This document shows positions 46,811 through 58,410 of a stretch of DNA of 64,000 bases, one piece after another. This stretch comes from Chlorokybus atmophyticus. Taxonomy: Eukaryota > Plantae > Mesostigma and Chlorokybus algae. The stretch is from contig RHPI01000277.1 in the NCBI GenBank assembly GCA_009103225.1, forward strand, positions 456,074 to 520,073, given 5' to 3'. Position 1 is the stretch's first letter, and each line of letters starts with the position of its first letter. The notes beneath the pieces were generated by a model that did not search any database, was not told the DNA's origin, and was given only the letters and a program-made list of their open reading frames with translations. Made by a program: the position numbers and the translations under genes.

Positions 46811-48266
46811 GGGTCGATTGGAACCCCCAACCCAAACGCATTTGGCCGTGACGTGGCAACCTCGGCCGTCAGCAACCCTTCCCCAAGCAAGTGGAAGATT
46901 GGCAACGAGGTAAGCACTGTGTGACACTGTGACACTGTGTGTATGTGTGTAACGGATTGTTCTTCTGTGGACAGCATTTGCGAGATGCCGTCGTCGAAAT
47001 CATAAACGGCCACTGGGTAGAGAGCCACCTTTATCCCAAGGAGGATACTATTCGTAACGTCATGTGTCAGGTGCTGTAAATGCTTCATGACCGCACTGCA
47101 CCGTGACACTGACCAACCTGCCCGTGACAGGTAGTTGGCTTCGACCATGACGACGAGGCCGATGCGGCCAAAATCTATGAGGTGTACTGAACTCCCAAGA
47201 AGTGCCCCTTCCACTGGAGTGTCGCCCTGAAGAAAGCTACGCAGGTCCGGTCTGAGAACGTCACCAAGATCAAGCATGTCCTTGAGAAGGAGTACAAGTG
47301 GACACTGTTTAACAGCAACAAGCGCAAGTGAGTTGGGTCCCTCACCACCATGTCTGCTATGCAACACTGCTTTCTTACTCAGCCTCCATACACACGTACT
47401 CATCTCGCCTATTGTAACCAATTCAATCAGGCACATCGACGCCCTAATGGACGCCTAGACCCAAAAAGCCCAGATGCGCTACGCGCTCCAAAGTAAGTCA
47501 CGGGCACTATTCTAGCCTGGTGCAGGCACAACTTGAACTATTTATTTCGTGCCTAATGCCTTGTCGGTATGACTGTCGCAGACAAGTCATGGGGGAGATT
47601 TCAGGTGACCGACACTGCAGACCTGGAGCGGAGGAGATACATCCATGAATGGGGCAATCCCATCATCTGGCAAATGATCGTGCAATGCTGGTCTTACGCC
47701 GTCACTACACCTGATCGCCGGCAGCTGATAGTCAACCACCTCGCATATCTGTTGCTTACGGTGAGCACTCTGAACTTCAGCATTAGCAATTCAGGAATGC
47801 TGTAGCCCCAAACTACAGGCTTGCAGACGCCTTGCAGTGAATAGTGGCTTTCGCTGCCACTAAGACATGCCTGTAAACTACGCAGGTGGAGCGCATCCTA
47901 CAGGGCAAGGATGGAGACCCTTTCCTAGCTGCCAGCATAGACACACATGAAGAGTACCTCTGCGAAATCAACACCATGATCATGTCAATGAAGCGGGAGA
48001 TGAGGCAACGGTACGCAACCATCCAGCCATTCACCCTTGTGAAACGCCGCACTGCATCTTGTGTCGAATGCCTGAAAGATCCCAATCGGCGCCGGCCGCA
48101 AGAGACAGCAGCTCGTGACCCGCTCGCTGAGGCAGAAGCGGCATTTGATTGGCTGGCACAACCGTTTGAGGAGGAAGAGCAAGCTCCGGTGTCTCCTCCA
48201 CAGGCCCCAGCGCGTGGTGCTTTGTTCCGTAATGACGAGCAAAGCGATGATGGAGAGGAGCTGTAG
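46811..48266 (+). pseudogene. Multi-exon gene of unknown function with nonsense codons
   Basis: GT-AG exons RVDWNPNP...GNE|HLRDAVVE...MCQ|VVGFDH...; TGA at 47188-47190 and TAG at 47456-47458; acidic last exon. Confidence 0.6.
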
Positions 48267-48626
48267 CGCAGTTGGTAGTCCGTTTAGCTGGTAGTGTACA
48301 TAGCTACAAGGCTCTTGTGACTGAGTGTTGTTCATCTTAAACCAGCTCAGTCAATCGTCATTCTGCTCATGCACATCAATACTTGCATCCCTATGATATA
48401 CAACAGAACTACAAGCCTTGGCAAGTGACTGAGAGACACTGTACACATTTCAGGTACATGTAAGCAGCACAGGCACATAGTTAGTGACAGTCGCGTGTAG
48501 TCAAGCTATGCAAATATATATGACGACAGCTAAGCATTGGTCACCTTCAGTTGTTAAAAAATGCCTTATTTTGTCGATAATTACCTAGTTGGTGCTTGTA
48601 AATTAGGCTTAGTCGCCTGCGCTGGA

Positions 48627-48960
48627 CTGGTGTGTAACCTGCAGGTGCCTGTCACATAGGCTGAGTCACTTAAGTAAGACTGATGTGTAACTTACAGGTG
48701 CCCGTTGGTTAATTGTAATCACCTAATAAGGCCTAATGTGTAACTAACAGTTGCTTGTAAATTACACAAAGGCATTTGTTAAGGCCTGGTGTGTGACTAA
48801 CAGGTGCCTGTTAATTATATAAAGTCACCTGTTAAGGCCTGATAGGTAAGTAACAGGCGCCTGTTAGTTAGGCATAGTCAACTGTTAAAGACTAAATTGT
48901 AACAAAAAGGGCCTCATAGTAACGGAAGTTACTATTAGGTCCCTGTATCAAGATTACAGG
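48627..48960. repeat. Degenerate tandem repeats with a GTGTAACTAACAGGTGCCTGT-like core
   Basis: About six variants of ACAGGTGCCTG. Confidence 0.7.
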
Positions 48961-49059
48961 TGGCCTGAGCCACGTCAGTCTAACTTGGTGTCCTCAGCTG
49001 CACGGCCGTTGCCAATATTTAGTCGGCCGGCAGGGAAAACATATTGCGACGTTAGCATC

Positions 49060-50390
49060 GGCAACACGGGAGAGCACTTTGTTTGAACATTGCTAGGCGC
49101 TGGGAAGAAGTGAGTGTACAGTTGCTGAGCGTCATGAAATGGACAACGACATAATCGCCAATGACAACCGCCTTCAAGAGCTTTTTAAGCCTAACCATCC
49201 ATGACGTGAACAATGTCAGTCGTACCGGTCCGTTTGATGTTGTTAACGTCACGCATGCGTATTTGTTGCTATCCACTCTGATGCTATCATTCAGCATGCT
49301 TGTCAGAGTTTACAATGTTGTAGTTGGTTGACTGTTCCGGTTGGCGGACATGTTAGTACATTTCTCTTCACTGTGTTGCGCGCAAAGCATGCCACTGGTG
49401 GCACATGAACTGTCCGAGGGCGGTTGCAAGAGGAGGGAAGCGTGCTCACGATAGTGACGAAGGCGTTTAAGAACATGAACCCCAATGGGAATTCTTGGAC
49501 AACTATCCACACATTGCATATCATTATCCGCTCGAGTGCCACATGCTATTCATAGGAAGTTTAAGATATGCCACGTCATTCAAGCATACATATAGAAGTT
49601 CAAGGCAAACATTTTCGGATAGAAAATGCTGGTGCAGAAATTACAACCTTTGATTGTGGTGTTGAAGCGTACTTCACTTCCAATTATAGAAGCCACGCTG
49701 ATGATCACCACCCCGTGGAGGCTACTCTCCCCTTTGAGGGGCGTTTAAAGAAAAGTTTTACACCCTTTCATATATCATTTTCAAGGTGAGCAGTTTGTAT
49801 CCTTCATGTCATCAATGCACACATGGCTTGTTATACAAGCGCAACAGCATTGTTGTTGCTTGCTGCTGTTGCAACCTGTATGCGCTTTCATGTCATGCTT
49901 GACATGAAAGTATGTGTGCAAGTTGACGATCATTAAGGTGGGGTGATATGCAAGTACCTTCAACACAACAACGAGATGACTGGCAACTACAAAGATCGGT
50001 CGATTTATGTCAAAAAGAACGTGTTCTCCTCTGCGGAGCCGTTCATTTAGCCCAACCGACTGAAAAGCCAAATGTTCTTTGTCCACCAACCTTCACAACC
50101 AAAGCAATCAATGGTGAGATAGAGATCCATCCAACAAGGCAATTTTGCAGACACTGTGCACATCAATCATTCCTCAAGCTCCTATAGCCGCTCAATGGCC
50201 ACTCCCGCGTGCATACATCTCACAAGCCCGCAAGGAGCTGCTGGAGGCTGCGCGCGAGCGGTACAACGTCATCAAATCAGAGCAAGACACCGAGCACGGA
50301 AATGCTGATGCAATCGCTAACGATGATGACGAGGGAAGGAGAGCAGCAAGTAGCATCAAGTGTTACTTGCTTTATGCCTTATAAATCTTG
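49060..50390 (+). pseudogene. Decayed plant-type CACTA transposase C-terminus (DUF4216-like)
   Basis: GKHFRI..TFDCGVEAYF..SHADDHHP..FEGRLK and AEPFI*PN..SQMFFV; many stops and frameshifts. Confidence 0.6.
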
Positions 50391-50479
50391 ATGTTGGAAC
50401 CCCATTGCTCTACACTCTGTTCATTCTTATGATGCTTGTCTTTGATAATGTATAGCTTTGGACTTTTTGCTCGGTGCTA

Positions 50480-50950
50480 ACAACTGCAGCGGTTGTTGTC
50501 AGGCTACAACCACAGTGTTGAAATTTGAGACATTGACGTTGACTGTTTCAATGTTGAGTTGCACAAGGTTCCTGCGCTGTTAATGTCGCACATTCATGAT
50601 AATTCAACATGTAAATATTAACGAGCGCATTGCTTTTACCAACATTTAAGTTGGACGGAACTATTAGGTGATGATTACATCAACGTAAGTATTAATAAAT
50701 GACTGGTTTCATTGATACTTGCATTGATTTTAACTGTTGAGCCAACATGACCGTTGACACAATCAACATAGTTATTGGTATAAATAATGTTGGTTTCCCA
50801 GTAGGCAGTTTGTAGTGCATTTGAACCAGTGCTAGTGCGCCTACGTTGATAGCGTAGTATTAACGTTACGCTGATGTTCTCTGCACATGCATCAAACAGT
50901 TCACACATACAAACACGCTTAACATCAAGGTATCGGTGCTCAGCTAGTAT
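50480..50950 (-). pseudogene. Decayed Helitron/Pif1 helicase fragment
   Basis: IIYTNNYVDCVN, VQL(K/N)VG and GTLCNSTL resemble N..VD..N, LKVG and GLCNGTRL in order. Confidence 0.45.
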
Positions 50951-51009
50951 GAACTTTACATTGGGTGTTGATGTAATGTCATGAATGCAACGACCATCAC
51001 ATAAATAGT

Positions 51010-53600
51010 CCCCATGGACGTCAATGCTTACTCAGCCTTGCTTGCCGTACCAGCAGGTGACACTGTGGCATTGCTGTTCAACATGATATGCCTGAGATGT
51101 TGCGCTTTGACTCGGGCTCAATGTTTGATTTTTGCTATGTATGTGTGCCGTCTTCTGGCGGTTGCGGGTAGGCATAACAATTGTCCGTATGCGAGTCATA
51201 CTGCTGCCCTTCGCAGGCATGTTGCATCATTTTTGTGCAGCATGCTGTGCAATCACTTCGTGCATGCTTGGCGCATACACATACCATCATTCTTTTTTAG
51301 GAGGGAGCAACAGTGACTGTCACGTCAATGCTGCATGCACATCCTCTGCGTTTTGCTTGTTTGAGTGACTTTGCTCACTGGCATGCAGGCACTGGTCCCC
51401 TACGCCATGTTTAAGTGGCGCCGAGCTGCACAGGTTTGCGGCATGGATCCTTGTGCTTGGCATTGCTAATTGGTAAGCTTACAAGGCGGTGGTGACCTTA
51501 TAGCCGTCCACATGAGTGCAAGGATGTACGCTGGTATAGGCATGGTCGGAGAGTTATGACATTTCGTGTGTGCTTTTATTATATGAGTTGATGACTGGTA
51601 AGCTTGCAAGTCGCCCTGCACACAGGAGTCATGCTATCGGTTTGACTCAACACCAGCTTGCTATCAAGCAGAACATGCTTAATGAAGATATGACTTTTCG
51701 TGCAATGTCCTTCGGAGGATTCGGATCTGTGGCAGCGCGAGTCTATTTCTCTCACTCGCTTTGGACTAAATGTACCGGTCTCCTCGCTCATCACAGGTGA
51801 GCACTCGGCTCGTGTGCATGTGTAGACGTGGCGCATGCAGCCTGATTTGTAGAAAGCATATGCTGCCATGCTTTGTTGCAACATCACGTTGCGGCAAGCA
51901 GTCTACCCGTACATTCGCACTAATCTTTGTCCATGTTTGTGGACAATGTTGCGCTGGTGGAGTAACCCTTGTGCAGGCCATGCAGATCTGTGGGCATTTA
52001 AGCTGGTTTACTACCCTCCTTCGCACCACACTGCAGCACTTTGGTGAGAACAAGCTTGCTCACAATGTCTTGTTGATCAGCATTATGTAACAGCAGTCTA
52101 AGCATATGCAAAATCAGCGGTAGTGTTTGGAATGCCATCCATCGAGGGCTGCTGTGATTGCAGTGGGCTTTTGGCTGCTGCTTTGGCCGGTGTCTGGAGT
52201 CGTTCCCTCGCGCTGCTACCTGACAACCGGTGTATCATGGATGGCGCCGCCATAATGCAAACACCGTGGACATCCGCAATATACGTATGTGATATACATG
52301 AGGGGCCTCACCATGTGGCCAGCTCTCACCGCCATTGGCCTCGTCTCCGCTGCCTGCCCAGCCCTTCTTAGAGTATGTTGTACATCGTCTTGTGGCTTTG
52401 CCCTAGACACACAATCCACCACAGATGTCTCTGTGTCAGTCCATGGTATTCAGGTTACAGCTTGCATAACGTGCTGGGTTAATGGAACAGTTGTTTCAAT
52501 CAGTCTGCAGTTGGTTGAAGCGTTGCTGTAGATGCTTTGTTGGTGACAATGACCAGCTGTTAACTTGATAGGTTGCATATTGCCGATGTTGCATATTGCC
52601 AAAAGCAGTGGTGACAGTGGCCAAGCAGCGCTGCGTGAGCTATTGGCATGCTGATCGGCGTCAACTTCAACTGCGCCGGTGCCTCGCTGATATCACTGGC
52701 CTGCGCTGCTTTCATTGGTATGAAGCCAAAGCGACTCAGCTGTGCACGCACACGCAGCACAACCTTGAAGTGAACATCAACCCCGCTGCATCTGTGCTGC
52801 AGCCCAATGCAAAGCCACCGCAAAGCTGCACGTGAGCCGCTTCTACCAAGTCGTCCGGGCTTGTGACAATGAAATACAGAGCAACATGTGATTAGCCCGC
52901 ATCTGCCGCGTGCATGTGGGTTGTCTACAATGCAACACGCCTGTGTCCTGTGTTCCAGATGTGAAGCAACCAGGTGGAGGCAGGAGTTATGCGCTTGGCA
53001 AGGCAAGCTCATTGCATAGTGTATAGTTGCTGTCGAGAGCCAGTAGACCAAGCTGGTAGTGTATACTGACCGGATGCAATGCGAAGGGCTTTGTCTATGA
53101 CTGTCTGGAGGTAAGCGTGTAGGGCCACCTTTGTAAACCAGCTGCAACTGCAGTTGCAAACGGTACTCAGGTGTGTGGTTCATGTACAGCATTGCATTGC
53201 GCTTAGGCTTATGTGTAGTAGTGTAGTTTTCAGTGGACCTTGGCACACCATCCTAGTGCCCTGTAGCAAGCGTTTCCTTTGTCGCAATCACACCGGTGCG
53301 TAAGTCAGCCCTTTGTCACAAGACAAGCTCAATGTATACCATAATGTGAGGTGCTATGTGTGGGTGTTTGCAGAACACTTGCCCACTACAGCTCTAAATG
53401 CACACACTACTTTGTCCACACTAAGCTGTCCGCTCAGTTGCCCTGTGCATCTGTATGGCAATGTTACGTTACCACTGGGTGCCTTTGGCCATGCACATAT
53501 ACTGCTAGGTAAGCGAGCTTGGTTCAGAGCTCATTTCAGGTCGTGTACGCAACGCACTGTTTGACAACATGGTTTGATGAGTACTTTGGGCGCTAATCAT
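51010..53600 (+). pseudogene. Decayed inverted copy of the HdeD-like gene and its 3' flank, lacking exon 1
   Basis: Colinear similarity to the reverse complement of ~57490-60065, including introns; frameshifts in the exons. Confidence 0.85.
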
Positions 53601-53778
53601 CAGCATTGACTTCAGCAACAGGTGCTCAAGTTTCTTTATGCGCATGGCGGCAGAGTACATCCGCCAAAAGAGTTGTTCCGACGGCGAAACCTGTTGTAGG
53701 CTGCAACAGCTGCACAGTGTCGCAGTGGTTAGTGACAAATCAAGTTGGGTGAGTTGGGTAAATTCCCTTACGACACGT

Positions 53779-54037
53779 GCGCGCGCGCGCGCGAGAGAGA
53801 GAGCGAGAGAGCGAGAGAGCGAGAGCGAGAGAGAGCGAGCAAGAGAGATCAAGCGCGAGGGAGAGCGAGAGAGAGAGCGAAAGCGAGAGCGCGCGCGCGA
53901 GAGAGAGAGAGGGCGAGGGAGAGGGAGAGAGAGAGAGGGAGAGGGAGAGGGAGAGAGAGGGAGGGACAGGGAGAGGGAGAGAGAGGGAGGGAGAGGGAGA
54001 GGGAGGGAGAGGGAGAGAGAGGGAGAGAGAGGGAGAG
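53779..54037. repeat. Compound (GC)n/(GA)n/GAGG purine microsatellite
   Basis: About 260 bp, largely purine on the + strand and nearly pure purine over its 3' half; a second (GA)n at ~54812-54844. Confidence 0.95.
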
Positions 54038-54489
54038 TTCTTACCCTCTGCCGAGGACACTCCGTGGTACAGCGCGTGGCGGAACATGAGCTTGACGGAA
54101 GCAGGGCACTGCGAGTACGGCAGCGTCAAGGTATTGAGCAGCGCCGCTGCAGCCTCACTCGCAAAGGAATCCGCCTACAGAACAACCAGAGTTAAGCATG
54201 ATACAACGCGTATTAGAACACCTCTCATCAGTCAACCGACCGGGTTGCTGCTTCTGCTCAGGGTCTGTGCCATGGTGCGATTGCCGTAGAGGTGCCTGAT
54301 GACGGCGGCGTCCTGCAGAGCGCGACTCGCAAACGCCGACCACAGTCGCGTGGAGGGCTTGATGCCAGCGGCGGCGGGGTAATTGCACCTGTAGCGCTGT
54401 GATGCCCACTGCCCCGTGTTGCAGCTCCTAAGCCCTTTGGATCTGCCACCAGGGGGATAATCCCCTCTGTTCGTAAAGGACAGAGACAA

Positions 54490-54808
54490 CTCAGTTAGAG
54501 CTGAAGAGCCAGTAAGCGCTGCTACACTGGTATTTGACGTACGGGCATGCTGGCTGGAACTCATTGACGGATTGGTCAAAGGTTCTGGAGCTGCTCAAGC
54601 TGCCTTGCATCATGGTGATGGTGACACTCCTGAGTCCCGCGGTAGTGTACCGACAACTCAGTGCTGCCTCATCCTACACATAACACTTGTTCACTGCAAA
54701 AGCTCTTGGGTGCTTTACACAGGCAGGCAGGCAAGCAAGCACGCACTGCTGTGCACACGCATACGCAGTCATGCGCTGTTTACATGTACAAATGCATACA
54801 TGCATGCA

Positions 54809-54846
<38 letters not shown>

Positions 54847-56618
54847 GCAGTTGATGGTCGTGGTGATGTCATTGCAGCGGATGAAAGGGAAGGCCCTTGC
54901 ATCGAAACGGATGGCCTCACCCACTTGCGGGGTGGGGTTAAAGGTCTCTGTCTCCGCCCCTATTGAGCTGATAACTAGTTCTTGGCTGGGGGTGAGGGTG
55001 AGGGTTATGTTGAGCACCAGCGGATCGGAACCAACGGGGCAGGGGACCCGACTGGTCCGAACGTGGATGGGGTGCGGGCCGACGGTCAGCCGGAAATAGG
55101 CAGTGTCGATGGTAGGCGTAGTGACCTCATTCGCATCGTCGACGGCGCCATCATTGTCCAAGTCCCAGTCCAATATTGGCTTGTTGCCGCACGCGTCTAG
55201 TCCACCCAGGTCTCCATACAACTGCACTTTCGTGCACGTGTCAGCAGGGAGCGGTTCGTCGACGCTGCGTGTGCAAACACTCACTCAGCATGGAGCGTGT
55301 TGGCCATGGCACAGCACCGCTGCGGCCTTTTACTCAGCGTCAAGGCATGCATGCGCAATGATGTCACTTACTAGGTGAATGTGCCGACAGTGTCGCTCTC
55401 ATCAAGTCCAAACCACCACCTGCCCGCCTGCCAAGGAGAATCATCCATCATGATATGCGCATGCGCTGCCCCACAATTGAACCAACTGCATGGTTGCTCA
55501 CCTGGCCAATGTTGGAGAGCTCATCAAATGTGGCGGTGGAGAAAGAGGTGGGCAGCCGGATGAGCGCACGCCATCACCGAGGTTGAACCCCGCTTGTACT
55601 GCAACAATGTGCACGCATGTTGACGTGATGCATGCGACATGCGTGCTATGCCATCTGATGCCGAAGCAAACGCTGCTCACCTTCGCGGCCCCCGAAGGTC
55701 AGCTTGGGGTAGAGCAGGCCCACAAAGACCGTGCGCATGTTGAAGGCTATCACGGCTTGAAACGTATTGACAAAAGGCGCAGATCTATCGCAGCATTGAG
55801 TCACCTGATAATGATATTACGAGGCTGGTACCTTTAATCAACACAACACACGCATGGTGCACATGGACACGCACACAAATGCGTGCGCACACCCGTGCAC
55901 GTATATGCCATGTACAGTGCATGCACGCAACATCACATGCATCCACGGACACACAAGTGTGCTTCCATACATTGATCCATGTCGCGATGAGCGCCGCCTC
56001 CGCAGTGAAGCTGGCTGCGAGTGCTTTGGTCGGGAGTGTGCCGCGTATGTCGTTGGTGATGTTGGCAAGGAGGGCAGCATCATCGACCACGCGGTAGGCC
56101 ATGCCGGTGCAGGCGTTCCCATCGCAGTCGGCGTAGAGGTCTGTCCAGAATGCCGCCACCATGCTGTAGGCAGTTCCAGAAGTGGGGAACACATGGATGT
56201 TGGGGTAATATTCAGTACTGCTGCTTTGGAAGTGCACGGCGCCATTAAGGTTGATATACAGGCCGCTCAGGTTGGGATCACCGAACACAGGCACGGGATA
56301 CGGCAATGGGATCAGATCCGTTGAGATGTCATTGCCCCTGTAACATGAGCGTGTGACTAGTACAGTGTGGTCTAGCATGGCATGCGGCACAGCTGTCTTT
56401 CTGCACATGCGCTGGTTGAAATCTTCACACAAGTTGCTGCGCGTGCGTCAGTGCAAGCATTCGTACCCTTTGATGACGGTGTCGCCATTGTCAGCGCCAA
56501 AGGGGTACAAGTCGTCGACGGACAGGGCACCCACCCGCAAGCAGGCATGCCCACTCAGCACCAGCAGCACCACCAGCAGCAGCGGCAGCAGCTGGGCGTG
56601 GTGCTCTCCAGAAGCCAT
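54490..56618 (-). CDS. Secreted NIDO-domain protein with PKD/Ig-like C-terminus; one apparent frameshift; 3' end uncertain
   Basis: Signal peptide, LYPFGADNGD, LYINLNGAVHF, VAAFWTD, LIATW, NTFQAVI, AGFNLGDG, SNIGQ|AGRWWFGLD, WDLDNDG, YTTAG..VTIT. Confidence 0.8.
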
Positions 56619-58410
56619 ATTTTTGGCACTGCGCAAGAAAGATGGCTGGCTCATGCTCTTTCAGTGAAAGCTGCTGCGTCAAAGGAGGCACACATGTGCA
56701 CAATTCTAGTACGCACACATGCAGGCACGAACCGACGAAGAGGACAGCGCCTGCAGCGCGCACGCCACCGACTTGCCCGCTTGCACAAACTACTACTACT
56801 GAAGCTGTCCCATCACACCGACGAATGCCCGCCGACACAGCTAGGTATATGCTTGACATGCACAAACATTGCAAATTTAATGACACCACTGGCTTGTGAT
56901 GAAAACTCCTGTGAGCAGCTCAGGAGATTAGCAGTCATGGCCATGTCCCCGGTATGTCATGTACTACTTACAGCTTGATGATATGTTATGCAAGTCATAT
57001 ACGAGCCTGCAATAATAGCATTGGTCTGCTATGTTGCTCAGCTGAACGTGCTGTGACAGTGCTGCGTGCTGCGGCTGACCTTGGCAATGCCTACCAGCGG
57101 TCATGTTACATGACTCATGTAGTAAACAAAGCCTATGGATATACTATTAGTATGTAAGTCATACATGCCTGCCAAATCAATATTGGTCTGCTACGCTGCT
57201 CAACTGAACATGCAGACACTGCGTGCTGCATGCTGCAGCTGATCTTGGCGGTGGTACCTTATCAGGTACTGCGAGATGGGTCCGCTTTGAGGTTGTCAAT
57301 GTTGTGTGGTGGGCAGCATTTGCAGCGTCCCCGGCCGATAAAGCAGCACGAAAATCAACGCACGCGTTTTTCCGTGTTGCAGTAACAATCAGCGAACATT
57401 CTTGGCCCAAGATGCTGCACTTGGTCTGGCAACCGGTCATTGAGCACAGTGACCGGTGACCGGCGATCGGTGTTGCATAAGCGCTTGACAAGGGTCGTCA
57501 AAGTTTGCTCTAAACCATGTTGTCCAACGTGTTTGTCATGCGTTTGCAACCTGACTGCAGCTTTACCAGCGGTAAAGCTGGGAGCGCCTGGTAAACTAAC
57601 CCAAGCGCCTGGTTTTTTGATTACCAGACGCTGCTATCCAACAGTATATATCAATCCAAAGGCACCAAGTCATCGTATGATACGCTCAGGGCGAGCCAGC
57701 GGACAGCTGCTGTTAGGTGCTGTATGACGGCAAGTGCACAAAAGTCCAAAGCACGATTCTGTGGTTTTAGAGCTGGGAGTGGCCAAATGTCATGCAAACA
57801 TTTACGCGTGTCAACCCACCTAAGCAAAATGATGCGTGTGTCACATATCATGTACAATGCATTGCATTCTTTGTGCACAGGCTTGGATCTCGACTTGTGC
57901 TTGCGCACCAGAGGCGCAACATGAAAGGCCTGCTTTGAATATAGGTCAATGCACTTAGAGACATGCGCCAAGGTCCACTGACTACTACGCTAGTGTTCAG
58001 AAGTTTCGCAGTGGGCAAATAGGTGTGCGCAATGCAGTACACTAATTCACACACCTGGATACCGCCGGGAAATGCAGTTGTAGTAGCTGGTATTGAGAGG
58101 GGCCTACATGCTTACCTCCAGACAACTACAGACAAAGCCCTTTGCATTGCATCAAGTTACTGTACACTACCAGCCCGGTCTACTACTGACTCTCCACAGC
58201 AACTATACACTATGCAGTAAGTAAGCTTACCTGGCCAAATGCACAACTCCTGCCTCCACCTGCCTCCACAGGACACACAGGCGTGTTGCGTCGCAGACGA
58301 CTTGAGTGCACTCAGCAGATGCACGCTATTCACATATTGCTCTATACATTATCTACAAGCGGTGCCTGCCGGGATCTGGCTGGAAAGGCACCAGAGGGGT
58401 TGTCTCATTG

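Noticed and set aside
46771-47436. Minus-strand 221-aa ORF vaguely like an FkbM methyltransferase (DTPVEGALLG)
   Set aside because: It is the antisense shadow of plus-strand exons that have proper GT-AG sites and typical codon usage.
46278-48296. CACTA (46278) and TAGTG (46295, 48292) as transposon termini
   Set aside because: No matching TSD and no extended TIR.
49052-49297. Minus-strand ORF resembling an OB-fold
   Set aside because: The opposite strand fits the decayed CACTA transposase better.
53638-54289. RE/SL-rich ORFs of 114-185 aa
   Set aside because: Products of the GA microsatellite.
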